A stretch of 63,838 nt of DNA, the filler included, from Octopus bimaculoides (lineage: Eukaryota): the NCBI RefSeq assembly GCF_001194135.2. It is 7 parts of 7 records of this genome, joined end to end, with 100 filler letters (N's around TTAATTAATTAA, not from the genome) between each part and the next. Parts side by side here need not be neighbours in the genome. Positions count along the whole stretch, not along the records: positions 4,553 to 14,242 come from NC_068991.1; positions 14,343 to 36,595 come from NC_069000.1; 5 more parts are not named here. The stretch is one strand, 5' to 3'. This document shows positions 12,131 through 24,488 of this stretch, piece after piece. The notes beneath the pieces were generated by a model, which searched no databases, was not told the DNA's origin, and saw only the letters and a program-made list of their open reading frames with translations. The first letter of the stretch is position 1. Every line of letters starts with the position of its first letter. The position numbers were made by a program, and so were the translations under genes.

Positions 12131-13492
12131 AAATTTCCAAGGCTTCCACCACACCACAACCCATTTTTCGGACTACAAAAAGGGTTTTATAGCATATTAA
12201 CAGACCAGGATAGTTGATCCCACGCAAAAAATCTGATTTTTTTTCTTTCTTAGTGAAAATCGTGCGAGTGTTATCTAAAAATTTGGCTGGAGTTTTTCAT
12301 GGTAAATTTGAGATTTAAAAAAGATTTGGATCCTTCTGATTTGGCTGACACCATTTGTTTTCTAATGAAACACTTTCAAACTTGGGACACTGGTATATTG
12401 TGTCATATAAAACATCTTTTACTCTTAGTGTTGTTGAGAAAAGTTTATATTTTAAAAGTTATTTCGTGTTAAAGTTGTCGTATTTCGGTAATTTAAACCA
12501 ATCACTAACGTCTATTGAGGTGAAAACAATTACCGCTGTGGATTGTCAACAACACGTTGTAATGGGATCTTTTCCCTTGAATAAAATTAGTGCCGTTGTT
12601 TGTCAACAACAACTATTGGCGATACTGTTATTTATAACATTGTTTGTGCGTTTGTACTGGTTTTAGCTTTAGCGTTTTAGGGTTAGGGTTAGGGTTAGGG
12701 GATCCTTCTCATTTGGCAGACACCATTTTTTAGAGTTAGGGTTAGGGTTATGAGTATTTTTGCCAAATTTGGTGAAAATCTGTTCAATACACCGCCACAA
12801 ATTTTTCACGAAATTTGGGAAAAATACTCATAACCCTAACTCTAAAACCCGAATCCTAACCCTAAAGCTAAAACCAGTACAAACGCACGAATGATGTCAT
12901 AAATAACAGTACCGCCGATAGTTGTTGTTGACAAACAACGGCACTAATTTTATTCAAAGGAAAAAATCCCATTACACCGCCACAACATGTTGTTGACAAT
13001 CCACAGCAGTAATTCTTTTCACCTCAATAGACGTCAGTGATTGGTTGAAATTACCGAAATACAACAACTTTTAAGATGAAATAACTTCGAATATAAAAAT
13101 TTTTCTCGGTTCTATAAGACAAAATATACAAGTATACGAAGTTTTAAAGTGTTTCAGTAGAAAACACTAAATAAAAACTAAATAAAAAATGGTGACCGCC
13201 AAATCAGAAAGATCCAAAAATTTTCATCCATATTCTTAATCTCCGCATTTTCCCCCATACATTGAAAAATAGATGGTGAAAAGATCAATGTGTGGGGGAA
13301 GTGAAATTCCGAGGATTTCAGCACACCCCAACCGGTTTTTCTGACCACAAAAATGGTTTTGTAGTATATTAGCAGACCAGGTTAGTTGATTCCACACAAA
13401 AAATCCGATATATTTTTTTCCTAGTGAAAATCGTGCGAGTGTTATCTAAAGATTTAGCTGGAATTTTTCATGGTAAATTTGAGATTTAAAAA
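12131..13492. repeat. Foldback-type structure: nested palindrome with telomere-like repeats, bracketed by ~190-bp direct repeats
   Basis: Direct repeats ~12131-12321 and ~13304-13492; inverted arms ~12325-12699 and ~12830-13219; inner palindrome ~12727-12846; (TTAGGG)n on the left arm and (CCCTAA)n on the right arm. Confidence 0.85.
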
Positions 13493-13889
13493 CATGTTTT
13501 ACATATTCTCCAACAACAATGTTCACTCGGCTGATAGCAGTGATTGGCTAAGTTGCTCATAGAGTTAACCTAGAAGGGACATGCCCCTTATTTTTTGGTT
13601 AAGGCTGTTGGTAAGTTTTCCTAAGTTACTACAATCCAGATCCCCGATGCAAACCTTCAGATCAACCTTCTCCTATGCAGAACTCTAATGCAACTTTAAA
13701 AAAAGCAGTCAACGAGTGGAAATAACTAATAATCTAATTCCTTATGGGATTTCCCAATCAAATTGCCAGCAAACCATTTTCAGCTAAACCAATTTCAACG
13801 GATTTCGCTCATATCTGATGTCGATGTTACTTATTTTGGTTTAGAATAAAGCACTTGATCACTTAATAATCCTAGCTTAATCCGGGCAA

Positions 13890-14242
13890 ATATACATCTC
13901 TTCTATCTCATTCCAGGGTGAAAAACTAGAGGTAGTCGATAGCTTCCGCTATCTGGGCGACCAAGTTAGTAGTGGGGGTGGGTGCGCTGAAAGTGTAGCT
14001 GCTAGAATAAGAATAGCCTGGGCAAAGTTTAGAGAGCTCTTACCCCTGCTGGCGACAAAGGGACTCTCACTCAGAGTAAAAGGCAGACTGTATGACGCAT
14101 GCGTACGAACAACCATGCTACATGGCAGTGAAACATGGGCTGTAACTGCTGAGGACATACGTAAGCTCGCAAGGAATGAAGCCAGTATGCTCCGTTGGAT
14201 GTGTAATGTCAATGTGAATACCCGTCAGAGTGTAAGTATCTT
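13890..14242 (+). mobile_element. RTE LINE ORF2 fragment
   Basis: Translates GEKLEVVDSFRYLGDQV...RIRIAWAKFRELLPLL...RTTMLHGSETW; closely similar to 48020-48410. Confidence 0.9.
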
Positions 14243-14662
14243 NNNNNNNNNNNNNNNNNNNNNNNNNNNNNNNNNNNNNNNNNNNNTTAATTAATTAANN
14301 NNNNNNNNNNNNNNNNNNNNNNNNNNNNNNNNNNNNNNNNNNCAACATTACCCTGTTGTCTCTCTCTGTACTAGAATATTCTGAATAGTCTGAATGCTAA
14401 AGAGTCAAACACTAAAACTATGTGGTCGGGGAGCAAGCTTCTTAACCACACAGCCATGCCTGTGCCAACCACATATAATATTCTCTTCATTCTTGTTAGT
14501 GTCATATATAGACTGTTTCTAACCGTAGAGTCATGCTATGTTCACAAACTGGATATTAGCTGTTGTAGCCCAATCAACTGAGGTATAACTAGCTATCATT
14601 GACAAAGGACCCCTGTTAGTTATTATATACATTTTCCATAAGCAATTTGTGGTCTGTGATCT

Positions 14663-15001
14663 CTAGCTGGGTCTGAGCATCCTTACAGCAGCTGTATCTT
14701 TCCCAGTCCTTGTTTTTATATCCAGATCTGTTCCATCCTCCTTAGTGACAACACTTCTCTGATATGTGAAATGACTGACATCTTCAATTTCTCCTTCAGT
14801 AGACACCCCCAGGAAAACAGAAGCATAGCAGATGAGAAAAAATGTGGAGAAACTCCACAGAAATTTAAGCAAAGCACTGGTAGGCAGTTTCACTGGGAGA
14901 CAACTGCAACTGCAGTCCATTGTCAAAGAATGTGGCTGATATGAAGATCTCTTGGTGGTGTGCTTTACTCCGCATGCAATCAAAGGAATTAAGAAGAAAA
15001 A
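14663..15001. mobile_element. RTE fragment with internal inversion, copy 1
   Basis: Minus strand 14663-14800 encodes EGEIEDVSHFTY...AAVRMLRP; plus strand 14805-15001 is the ORF2 3' end with tail ggaattaagaag. Confidence 0.7.
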
Positions 15002-15202
15002 GTAGGTTGTGATTCGAAGGAATTTATTATTATGGCCAGGTTCCAATATGGTTGCTAATTCCAGCAAGTTGAACAGCCACATAAGGATTCTTGTGTAGCT
15101 AAACAGTGGGAGCACTGTATAGCTAATGTTTTGTTACGGTGTAGAGCAGAATTTATCAGATCTTTTGTGGGTTTTGAGAAGACAGCAGGAAACTATCTAG
15201 TG

Positions 15203-15471
15203 CAGTGGTTCTAAACCAGGGTCCTTATGACCCTTAGGGGTTAATATAAGATTCTGTTGTTAACATTTATCTGCAATAAATTAGTTATACTTCAACAAGA
15301 CAAAATATTTTAACAATTTTCTTATTTTTAAATACAATTCCTAATAATGTTTAATTATGAAAATATTATAGGATTTTTTTAAACATTAAATGGCTATGAA
15401 GATTCACCTGAATAAAATAGGAATCAGAGGGGTCCATAGGTAAAATTTAAAAAACTGGTTAAAAACCACTG
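15203..15471. mobile_element. hAT-type MITE
   Basis: TIRs cagtggttctaaacc / ggttaaaaaccactg; imperfect 8-bp TSD atctagtg / atcttgag (6/8). Confidence 0.7.
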
Positions 15472-15829
15472 ATCTTGAGTATCCTTCTGTGTGTCACCAA
15501 GGTGAAAACTACTCTCCACCCAGACTCACTTGTCCCACCTGTCTTTCCTTTTGCTGTCACTCCTGCAAGACCCTCTCTCACTGACTCTCTCTCTTTCTCA
15601 AACACACAAACACACACACACATCTACCATTACCATTAACATTTCACCCAATCATTCTTTACAAGTCTTTCAATTTTCTGGATTCCCATTCCTGCCTACA
15701 TGTCTGTCCTGCAGACATCAACTTACATATTATTGGCCAAGCACAACATCAAACTAGTCAGTTTGGGAAAAGATTGAATTCATTCTTCTCATCCCCCACA
15801 TTTCTCTTTTCTTTTTTTTTTTTTACATT

Positions 15830-16208
15830 GGCGCAGGAGTGGCTGTGTGGTAAGTAGCTTGCTTACCAACCACATGGTTCCAGGTTCAGTCCCACTGCGT
15901 GGCATCTTGGGCAAGTGTCTTCTACTATAGCCTTGGGCCGACCAAAGCCTTGTGAGTGGATTTGGTTGACGGAAACTGAAAGAAGCCCGTCGTATATATG
16001 TATGTGTGTGTGTCTGTGTTTGTCCCCCTAGCATTGCTTGACAACCGATGCTGGTGTGCTTATGGCCCCGTCACTTAGCGGTTTGGCAAAAGAGACCGAT
16101 AGAATAAGTACTAGGCTTACAAAGAATAAGTCCCGGGGTCGATTTGCTCAACTAAAGGCGGTGCTCCAGCATGGCCACAGTCAAATGACTGAAACAAGTA
16201 AAAGAGTA
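15830..16208 (+). mobile_element. tRNA-derived SINE, type A (best-preserved copy)
   Basis: A-box-like tggctgtgtgg, B-box-like ggttcagtccc, CA tract, tail cagtcaaatgactgaaacaagtaaaagagta. Further full or partial copies near 19120, 21700, 28520, 31690, 32215, 35795, 37760, 46780, 47127, 57625 and 58065. Confidence 0.9.
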
Positions 16209-16924
16209 TCTGTTTTTGGTGTCATTGAGAACTTTGCTTTCATGTATTAGTTCAATGAAGGAATATACTTGGATGGGTTTTTGCCCTGTTGTCTTTTCTG
16301 AGAAGAATTTTTATCTCAGTACAGCACATATGCTCACCATTTTATATACAACTTTTGATGCTTCCAGTTGTTAACTGTACTTCCTCATTGTACCTGTTTA
16401 CATTTAAATGAACTGATCCATCAACAACTAAGAATTATTGCTGGGGACATAGTACAGCATAGAAACTGACAAAGTAGCTAATTACGAATTTTAAGATTCT
16501 CCTCCTACTATTATAGCTGAAAATATAAACACAAGGGCATTTATTATTTTATTATTTTTATAGAACAATAGGCAGCCTGTTTAATTGTTTCTACGGCTAA
16601 CTTTAGCCTCAACACTATATTTAAAACTTCTAAAATAACAATCTAAAAATGAATAATTTTGGTATGTACTAAAAATGGCACAGCAAGTCATATATTTTGT
16701 TGAAGTAGAGATATATTATTAATGGATCGTACGATATTTAACTGAAATAGCATGGTTATCATTATTATTAACCTGGTTTAGCCCTTGGCATGATCATAAA
16801 CTACAGTTTGTTATAGACAAATCAGGTTATCTTTGCCACAATCCAGACTGAGCTGGTGAGAGATCTTCTATGTGGCTGCTTGACATGCTAGAAGTAGCAG
16901 CCATACTACCCACCCAATCACACC

Positions 16925-17468
16925 CTTCTTATTCTTAATTCCTTTGACTCCATGTAGAGCATTGGGCACCACCATGAGATTACCACCTATCTTGATATTT
17001 GGTAGTGAATTGCAGTTATCTCTAGATGTAGCCACTGCCAGTATTTCATTCCTGTGAACTTTCTCCATGTTTTGGATCTGCCATGCTTCCATTTTCCTTC
17101 AGAAGAGAAATTGAAGATATCAGTCATTTCACATATCTAAGAAGTATTGTCAATAAGGAGGACAGAACAGATCAGGACATAAAAATAAGGGAAAGCTACA
17201 GTTGCATTCAGGGTGCTCAGGTCCATCTGGAGATCACAAACATTATTAACAAACACGAAACTCAGCAGCTTTAACATGAACATAAAGATGGTTCTTCTAT
17301 ATGTGTGTGAAGCATGGCAAATCACAAAGTTCTCTATCAACAAGCTCTGAACATGGTGAATAAATGTCTCCAGAACATCCTTCAAATGAGATGACTAGAA
17401 AGACTCACAAACAAGGCGTTGGCGTTGTAGGAACAGGTGAATCAGCAACTTATCAAAACCCAGATCAA
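16925..17468. mobile_element. RTE fragment with internal inversion, copy 2
   Basis: Minus strand 16925-17100 is the ORF2 end (QDR..CSTWSQRN*); plus strand 17100-17468 encodes EIEDISHFTYLRSIV...KTQIK. Confidence 0.7.
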
Positions 17469-17799
17469 GTAGGTTGTGATTCGAAGGAATTTATTATTAT
17501 GGCCAGGTTCCAATATGGTTGCTAATTCTAGCAAGATGAACAACCACTTAAGGATTCTTGTGTAGCTAAACAGTGGGAGCACTGTATAGCTAATATTTTG
17601 TTACAGTGTAGAGCAGAATTTATCAGATATTTTGTGGGTCTTGGGAAGACAGCAGGAAACTATCTAGTGCAATGGTTTTCAACCAGGGTCCTTATGGCCC
17701 TTAGGGGTTGATATAAGATTCAGTTGTTAACATTTATCTGCAATATTGGCTGAAACACACTGTACAGAAACTTGCTTCTAAGAAATCATACTTTACAAT

Positions 17800-18290
17800 C
17801 TTAAAATAGGAAGAATGCATTAGGTGACATTCTATGTCTGAAGAAATGCAGGTAGAAGAAGAATGGCTGGAACACCTTTCACCATAGGTTGGCTTGATCA
17901 GAACTAAACACACTCTCAAATTTCTTATCTCTGAGAGTAACTTGTATCTTTATATATAAGGCTACTATTCAACCTTTCATTGAATATTGCTGTCATCTGT
18001 GGGCTGGCACCTCCCCAGAGTGTCGTAACTTGTTTGATTGAATTCAGAATCAAGTCATTAAAATGGTAGATCCTCTTCTTTCTAGGTTGGAATCTTTGGC
18101 TCATCATCAAAATGTACCTTCATTGTATCTCTTTCCTAAGTATTTCCATGATCGTTGTTCTAATGAATTTTCAGATCTAGTGCTCTCTGTCAAGACTTTT
18201 AAACATGTCACCTGCTTCCAAGGCACATCGTTCCTATGTTTAGCTTCCTGTTAGTCATAAGTCTGTTTATTCTAACAGCTTCTTTCCTTG
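17800..18290 (+). mobile_element. CR1/L2-group LINE ORF2 C-terminal fragment
   Basis: IQPFIEYCCHLWAG...LESLAHHQNVPSLYLFPKYFHDRCSNE, the typical post-RT region of CR1-group elements. Confidence 0.7.
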
Positions 18291-18515
18291 AAATGCTGTT
18301 CTCTGGAACTCACCACCATCATCTTGTGTGCTGCTGCTGGTCTGTGATATTTAATCCTTTAAGCTTTTTGTCAATCAATATCTTTTGAATCTCTAGGCCC
18401 CCTTCTTTTCCTTCTTTGTAGTCCCTTATACTTGTGTGACCTCAAGCTTTGTTTAAGGCAAAAATCATTAAAAAACAAAGCTAACAACTAAACTCAGCTA
18501 TTTCTTTTGTAAAAG

Positions 18516-18662
18516 GCCTGTAATCGTGTCCCTCATCCCAATATCCCCAAATTATTCAATATGGCCTTAACAACTATGATATTAGTATCAAGATATATCG
18601 GTGCTCTGTCCCTTCTTGACTATTACTGTTGTTGTAAAGAAGATATACTGGTACACAAACAA
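18516..18662 (+). CDS. Candidate exon (49 codons, phase 0-0), product unknown
   Basis: Acceptor tttcttttgtaaaag, donor CAA|gtatat, open frame ACNRVPHPNIPKLFNMALTTMILVSRYIGALSLLDYYCCCKEDILVHKQ. No independent support. Confidence 0.25.
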
Positions 18663-19337
18663 GTATATCTTTTTTTTTTCTTAGAGAGAATTCAACCTAC
18701 CATAAATATAATCAAAAGTACTCCAGCCATGACCATCCTATTTCTTTTTTTCACATAGTGTATTTACAACTACATTATCCAATGTGTCTTTTTTTTTTTT
18801 TCAACATAGCTGGATTTGGTATAAAAATGATTTGGTTATATATTTCAAATGACTTCTACATTGAGACTCCCCTATTAAGTGGTCTGTGATGCAACCCATT
18901 TTTGTGTATTAAGAAACAAGTGACAGATTATCATTATTAACATAGACTATATTTTTGTTTTTACTCTCCTTTTATTTTTATTTAACTATGTATATCATTG
19001 AGAATAGTGTGAGGAGCTTGTGAAATCAATGATTTAGTATACCTAGTCGGAAGGATGTATGTGTGTACACATACACACACATACACACACACACATACAC
19101 ATATATACATATATATATTTATAAAACTAGTTTCAGTCATTAGTCTGCTGCAATGCTGAGGCACATCTTTGAAGGGTTTATTTGAACAAATCAACAAAAG
19201 TACATATTTTTTTTAAAGTTAGGTACTTATTTTATCAGTGTCTTTTGTGAAACCACTTAGGTATCAGGACATAAACAAACCAACACCAGTTTTGTCTAGT
19301 GGTAGTAGTGGTTTTGGTGGAACAAAAACACACACAC

Positions 19338-19386
<49 letters not shown>

Positions 19387-19829
19387 ATAGGCATTGGTCA
19401 GCCTGGGACTATTGTAGAAGACACTTAACCAAAGTGCCATGCTGTGGGACTGAACTCAAAACTACATGGCTGCAAAGCAAGCTTCTTGATCACACAGACC
19501 TGCTTATGCTTAAACAGAAGAGGGGGAAAAAAAGAAAGGTCCTGTCTCATTGGTTATCTGAATAATATTATAAAATTATTATAACTAGTAAATATTTTAA
19601 TAATATCAATTTCCCACTGTTCCGTTCTCTCTCTTTCCCCCCCCTCTCTCTCCACACACACACATATACAAACATATTCTTTTTCTTTGTTCACCTTTCA
19701 TATATTTTCTCCTGTCTCTTTTCTTTAACACATCCTTACACAACACATTTATATATTTTCTTTCTCACCCCACCCCCCATACAGAAATATATTTATATAT
19801 TACCAAGAGGTACTATTTATCCCCATTTA

Positions 19830-20070
19830 AACGTGGATGTTCTGTTAGAACAAACTATACTGCAATAGATACCACGAGAGAAACTCTCATATTGGCTATT
19901 TATGCAAAATGCACTCTTGTTTATATTGCTAGTGGGGAGATAATAAATTCCCACCACCTCAAACACCAAGACCACTAGACCATGTAATTTCAACCTTCCT
20001 TGGTCTTGTCAATGATGGACGCTTGACCACTAGGGATAGCAGTGTAATCATCTCCCTGCCAGCAATATTT
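19830..20070 (+). repeat. Unclassified interspersed repeat X, copy 3 of 3 (overlaps an open splice-bounded frame at 19933-20168)
   Basis: Similar to 977-1200 and 1717-1900 both before and inside the open frame. Confidence 0.5.
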
Positions 20071-20787
20071 AGAAAAACAGTTCCAGAACAGGTGTTGGTG
20101 TTGCAATTAGCCAGTGAACTTGTTAAAAATATATATATTAGCAACAGAGGTAGTATTAATACCAAGAAGTAAGATTTATATCTACTTTGATCAGGATTCT
20201 CTCTTTTCTTTGTTGCTTCCCCACCACCACCACCACCACCACCACCACCACCACCACCAGTGACTTTTATTCTCTCTCATATACATACTAACATACATTA
20301 TCTATTGTTCTCTCTTTCACCCATACAAAAATATGTTATCTCTCCCCTCTCTCTCTTTCTCTTTCTCTCTCTAATATACATATGTGCTCTTCCTTCTCTT
20401 TTACTTCATATTCTCTTTCATACACCCACACATTCTTTCTTGTTCTCCTTCAGACCTTAGACATATCTTTTAGTGATTAAGAAGTGCAACAGCTAAGGAA
20501 ATAGGCCACCCAAATTCTTTTCACTCAGAATCACACTCGGTTCAAATCCTATCTGTTTCAACTTTGTCTTTTATCAATCAGGGTTTTATAAAATCAAAAA
20601 CAAGAAGGTACTAGTATCAATTAAATCAATTATGTATGTATGTATCATCATCATTTTAATATACACTTTTACATGTTTACATAGGTTTAGGTGGAGTTTA
20701 TTAAAGCAGGTTTTCTGTGGCTGGATGCCCTTCCTGTCACCAACACTCACCTGTTTCCAAGTAAGCTAATATTTTCCCATGGCCTAG

Positions 20788-20999
20788 TGTGGCAAGCTGG
20801 CAAAATCATTTGCACACTGAGCAAAATACCTAGTGGCTTTTCCTCTGTCTTTACATCCTGAGTTCAAATTCCGCTGAGGTTGACTTTTCCTTTCATCTCT
20901 TTCAGGGACGATGAAATAAGTACCAGTTGAGCACTGGGGTGAATATAATCAACTTACCCCTCTCCTGAAATTTCTGGCCTTGTGCCAAAATTTGAAATC
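20788..20999 (+). mobile_element. tRNA-derived SINE, type B (tail ccttgtgccaaaatttgaaa) with TSD
   Basis: Imperfect TSD aatattttcccatgg (20768-20782) / aatatttcccccatgg (21000-21015). Confidence 0.8.
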
Positions 21000-21108
21000 A
21001 ATATTTCCCCCATGGTCAGACATTTTACTGGAAATGAATGACACAACTTGCATTTCGGAGACATTTGATTACAACTATCACATGAGGTCAAGATAGATAA
21101 ACACACAC

Positions 21109-21150
<42 letters not shown>

Positions 21151-21899
21151 TGTCCAACCCATGCTAGCATGGAAAATGGATGTTAAATGATGATGATGAT
21201 ATATAACTAGCTTCTTTCAGTTTCTGTCTACCAAATCCATTCATAAGTTATGCTAACAATTCTGCCAGTTTGCTGCCTTAGTCTGTTGTAAGAATGGTGG
21301 TTGACAAAAAAAAAAAAAACCCTAGAAAACAAACACAGTTTATTGGTGAGCTATGGATTGAAAGGCTTGATGAGGAAGAATCCACTAATGAAGCAAATAG
21401 CTTTTAAATTAAATAAATTACATATTGTATAGATTATTTGCCAACATAATGTGGCAGTCCTGGTTAGGACAATTGTTACTGTTATTTAGCCCCAGGAAGC
21501 ATCGTCTCTAGCTGGCTATATGATACACTATTTGCATCCATTTATTTTCGAACAAGGGAGTTTAGTGTCCCATCCATTAACCAAATTAAAAGCTATAAAT
21601 GCTAGATATCAACATCTCTGATGACAACTTTACATATATAACATTGCTAAAACCACATCCCAAAGACTAGGTGCCCTCTTCAAGACCAGAAAATATCTGA
21701 TCAGTATACGACAGGCTTCTTTCAGTTTCCGTCTGCCAAATCCACTCACAAGTCTTTGGTCGACCCGAGACTATAGTAGAAGACCCTTGCCCAAGGTACC
21801 ACACAGTGGAACTGAACACAAAACCATGTGGTTGGAAAGCAAGCTTCTTACCACACATCTTTTTTTTTATGATTATGTCCCAAAGAAGACTTGTGGTCA

Positions 21900-22130
21900 C
21901 TGTAGTGTAAGGGACAATAAAGAAAGAAAAGAAGGGAGCCTACAAATTCAAATTATGTTGATTGACAGAGAACTTAAAGGAGTGATTATCACAGTACAAA
22001 GGAAAACAAGATGAATGAGTTCCAGAGGGCAACAGTTTGAGGCAAGAAGCTATTTGTATGAAAGGACTTATGACTAACATGGAACTCAACAGAGAAACAA
22101 CATACCTGTGAAGAGAAGGGAATTTACTGT
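21900..22130 (-). mobile_element. CR1/L2-group LINE 3' fragment
   Basis: Minus strand reads HKSFHTNSFLPQTVALWNS, matching the SFFPRT..LWNSLP motif at CR1-group ORF2 ends. Confidence 0.55.
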
Positions 22131-22742
22131 TTCCTTGTTATGTTTTCTAACATGTGTGATATTAAAGATTTTTACTTGAGTACCTAGCATTTAAAGCATT
22201 TTTCTTTGAAGCTAACCTGTGATAAAAGCAAAAAAGTAAAACAGCTATGCAAAACAACGGTTTTGATCATTTCTTCTATAATGTATAAAGATAGACCAAA
22301 CACTTGACTAGAAAAAAAATCGGATAAAATTATCTTAAGCATTATTTTGGTTAACATTTAAATCTCTCACAATACTGTATAAAGAAGAAGGATAAAAAGG
22401 TGAAAAACAAAAACAATTGGAAAATCAGATTGATTTACTTTTTTTTTTTACAGTATTACATGACACAAAAATATAAATTCTTTGACATAGTTGAATATTG
22501 ATTCCGTTTTAAAAACTGCTTGAAGCTTAACTGCATTTCTGCTTAATCTCAGATCTATCTTATATATAGTTTCTGTCAATATATAATAATTAGCCTTTTA
22601 GAGTGTAAGTCACCGTTTGATATAATTTAACTATCTCTAGACTATGGCTGCTTACTGTAGCATTCTTCAGACATTGAAGAAATCCATTAACATGTTCTCT
22701 TCAAATGTTTTGAGAAGGAATTCTAAAAGTGCTCTGTGCGTG

Positions 22743-22793
<51 letters not shown>

Positions 22794-24462
22794 TTACATA
22801 TTTTATAATTCTACTTCATTTCATTCAATTCCTTTTCAAAGATTTTATATATCCCATATTTGATAGCATTTTTATGCTATGGGCATATTAGATGTTCCCC
22901 GATTTTAGCAATGCATTTTGAGGAAAAATGTAGAGACACATGGCTTAAGATGTTGGACTCATCGTGTGACTGTGGTTTTAATTCCTGGACTGGGTGATGT
23001 GTCATGTTCTTGAGCAAAACATTTCATTTCATGCTGCTCCAGTTCACTCAGCTGATAAACACGAGTAACTCTGCAACAGACCAGTGTCCTGTCTAGGGAG
23101 GAATATACACACCAGAGAAACTGACCCTGTGCTCCTTACAAAATAATGTTGACTAATTGTATTCAGGAAAAATAGTTTTTTTCTGCATTAAAGCTTACAG
23201 GAGATCTAACTTCACATGTAGGAACAAGGGTGATCTATGAGACAGTTTTTGGGTGGAAAAAGTCTACTTTATATGCCATAAAATACTTAAATAATTGTAT
23301 CAGATATAATGTAAAGCCAGGGAAAACATATGGTAATCCTGACAAAACACTATGGGCAGAACATTAACTGGTTTGATTCCATTGTGAGGGCACCTTAGAC
23401 AAGTGCTTCCTGTTATAGCCTTGGTTTACCCCAAGTGTTCATGAGTGAAATTTGGTAGTTGGGAACTGTTTAAAAGCCTATTGGATAGACTATACTTGTC
23501 CTTTGGTGAATAGACTTAATCTGTTTTCTGGTTCAGTACCTGCACCTAATCCATTGCTACCTTTAGCCGAGTTCACACTGTTGCAAATATTCAGACTTCA
23601 TCATAAGTTCCTCTCTTTCTTCCGCCATTCTTGAAGGCCCCACGATAAAGGTCATGCATGTTGCCCTGTCCCTCTTTATCTAGGCCACAAAAAAAAAATT
23701 AAAAGATCATAGAAGAAAGAACCAAAAATTTGGTCAACATGTCATAACATTAGACCTTGAAATGTTTAAATATCAGTGCTATGGAGTAAATTGATACCAG
23801 CATATTTTGGTGCAGATTAAATTCAATGGAATATTTGACATTTGTTACAAAAATGTTTACACTTCCCTTTTGCTAGTATCTCATTTCTGAATAAATCTGC
23901 TAAAAGTACTGGCATTGTGCATTGTGTGACAAGCTTAACTCTTGCAAACATAAACCACTAAGCTACTTATTAGGTTTGTGAGCTTTTTACCAAATCATTC
24001 TTTCTATATTTTTACATGGTTGACTGCTTGGAAAGCAGGGGTTCAGTGTTTTTTTTTTTTTCCATTCATGACACAGCATAGTGCCAGTGACAAAGTATGA
24101 GCCCCTAACTCTTTAGTTAAAAACTTGGTTCACTTTGTCTTTCATCATTTTGGGGTTGATAGAATAGAGTACCAGTCAAGTACTGGGGTCAGTGTAATTG
24201 GCTTGTCCCTTTCCCTCTAAACTGTTGGCCCTCAACCCAGCAACAGACTAGCATCTCATCTTGGAGAATGTTGTAATCTTGATCATTTATACACCAACGG
24301 TAACTGATCTTATGAGTCCTGGGGCTGATGAAAAACTTTAAAAAAAAACTACCTAATAATGAGAAAATATTGAGATAAAAGATTAGTTTCCTAATGTAAC
24401 ACCTATGAAAATATAATGATTCTGTTGGATGGTGAGGAGGTGAAATTTATTTTCTCTCACAG

Positions 24463-24488
24463 AGGAATATTGTATGAATTATATAAAG
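24463..24488 (+). CDS. Candidate 26-nt microexon
   Basis: Strong acceptor ttattttctctcacag and strong donor AAG|gtgagc; two frames open (GILYELYK or EYCMNYIK). Confidence 0.3.

Noticed and set aside
15062-15210. Duplicated open frame (QVEQPHKDSC... / QDEQPLKDSC... near 17530) as mutually exclusive exons
   Set aside because: Differences are mostly non-synonymous, there is no good donor, and the frame runs into a MITE.
22101-22125. Minus-strand AG|GTATGT recursive-splice-like site
   Set aside because: Lies within a CR1-type fragment, with no evidence of a minus-strand host gene.
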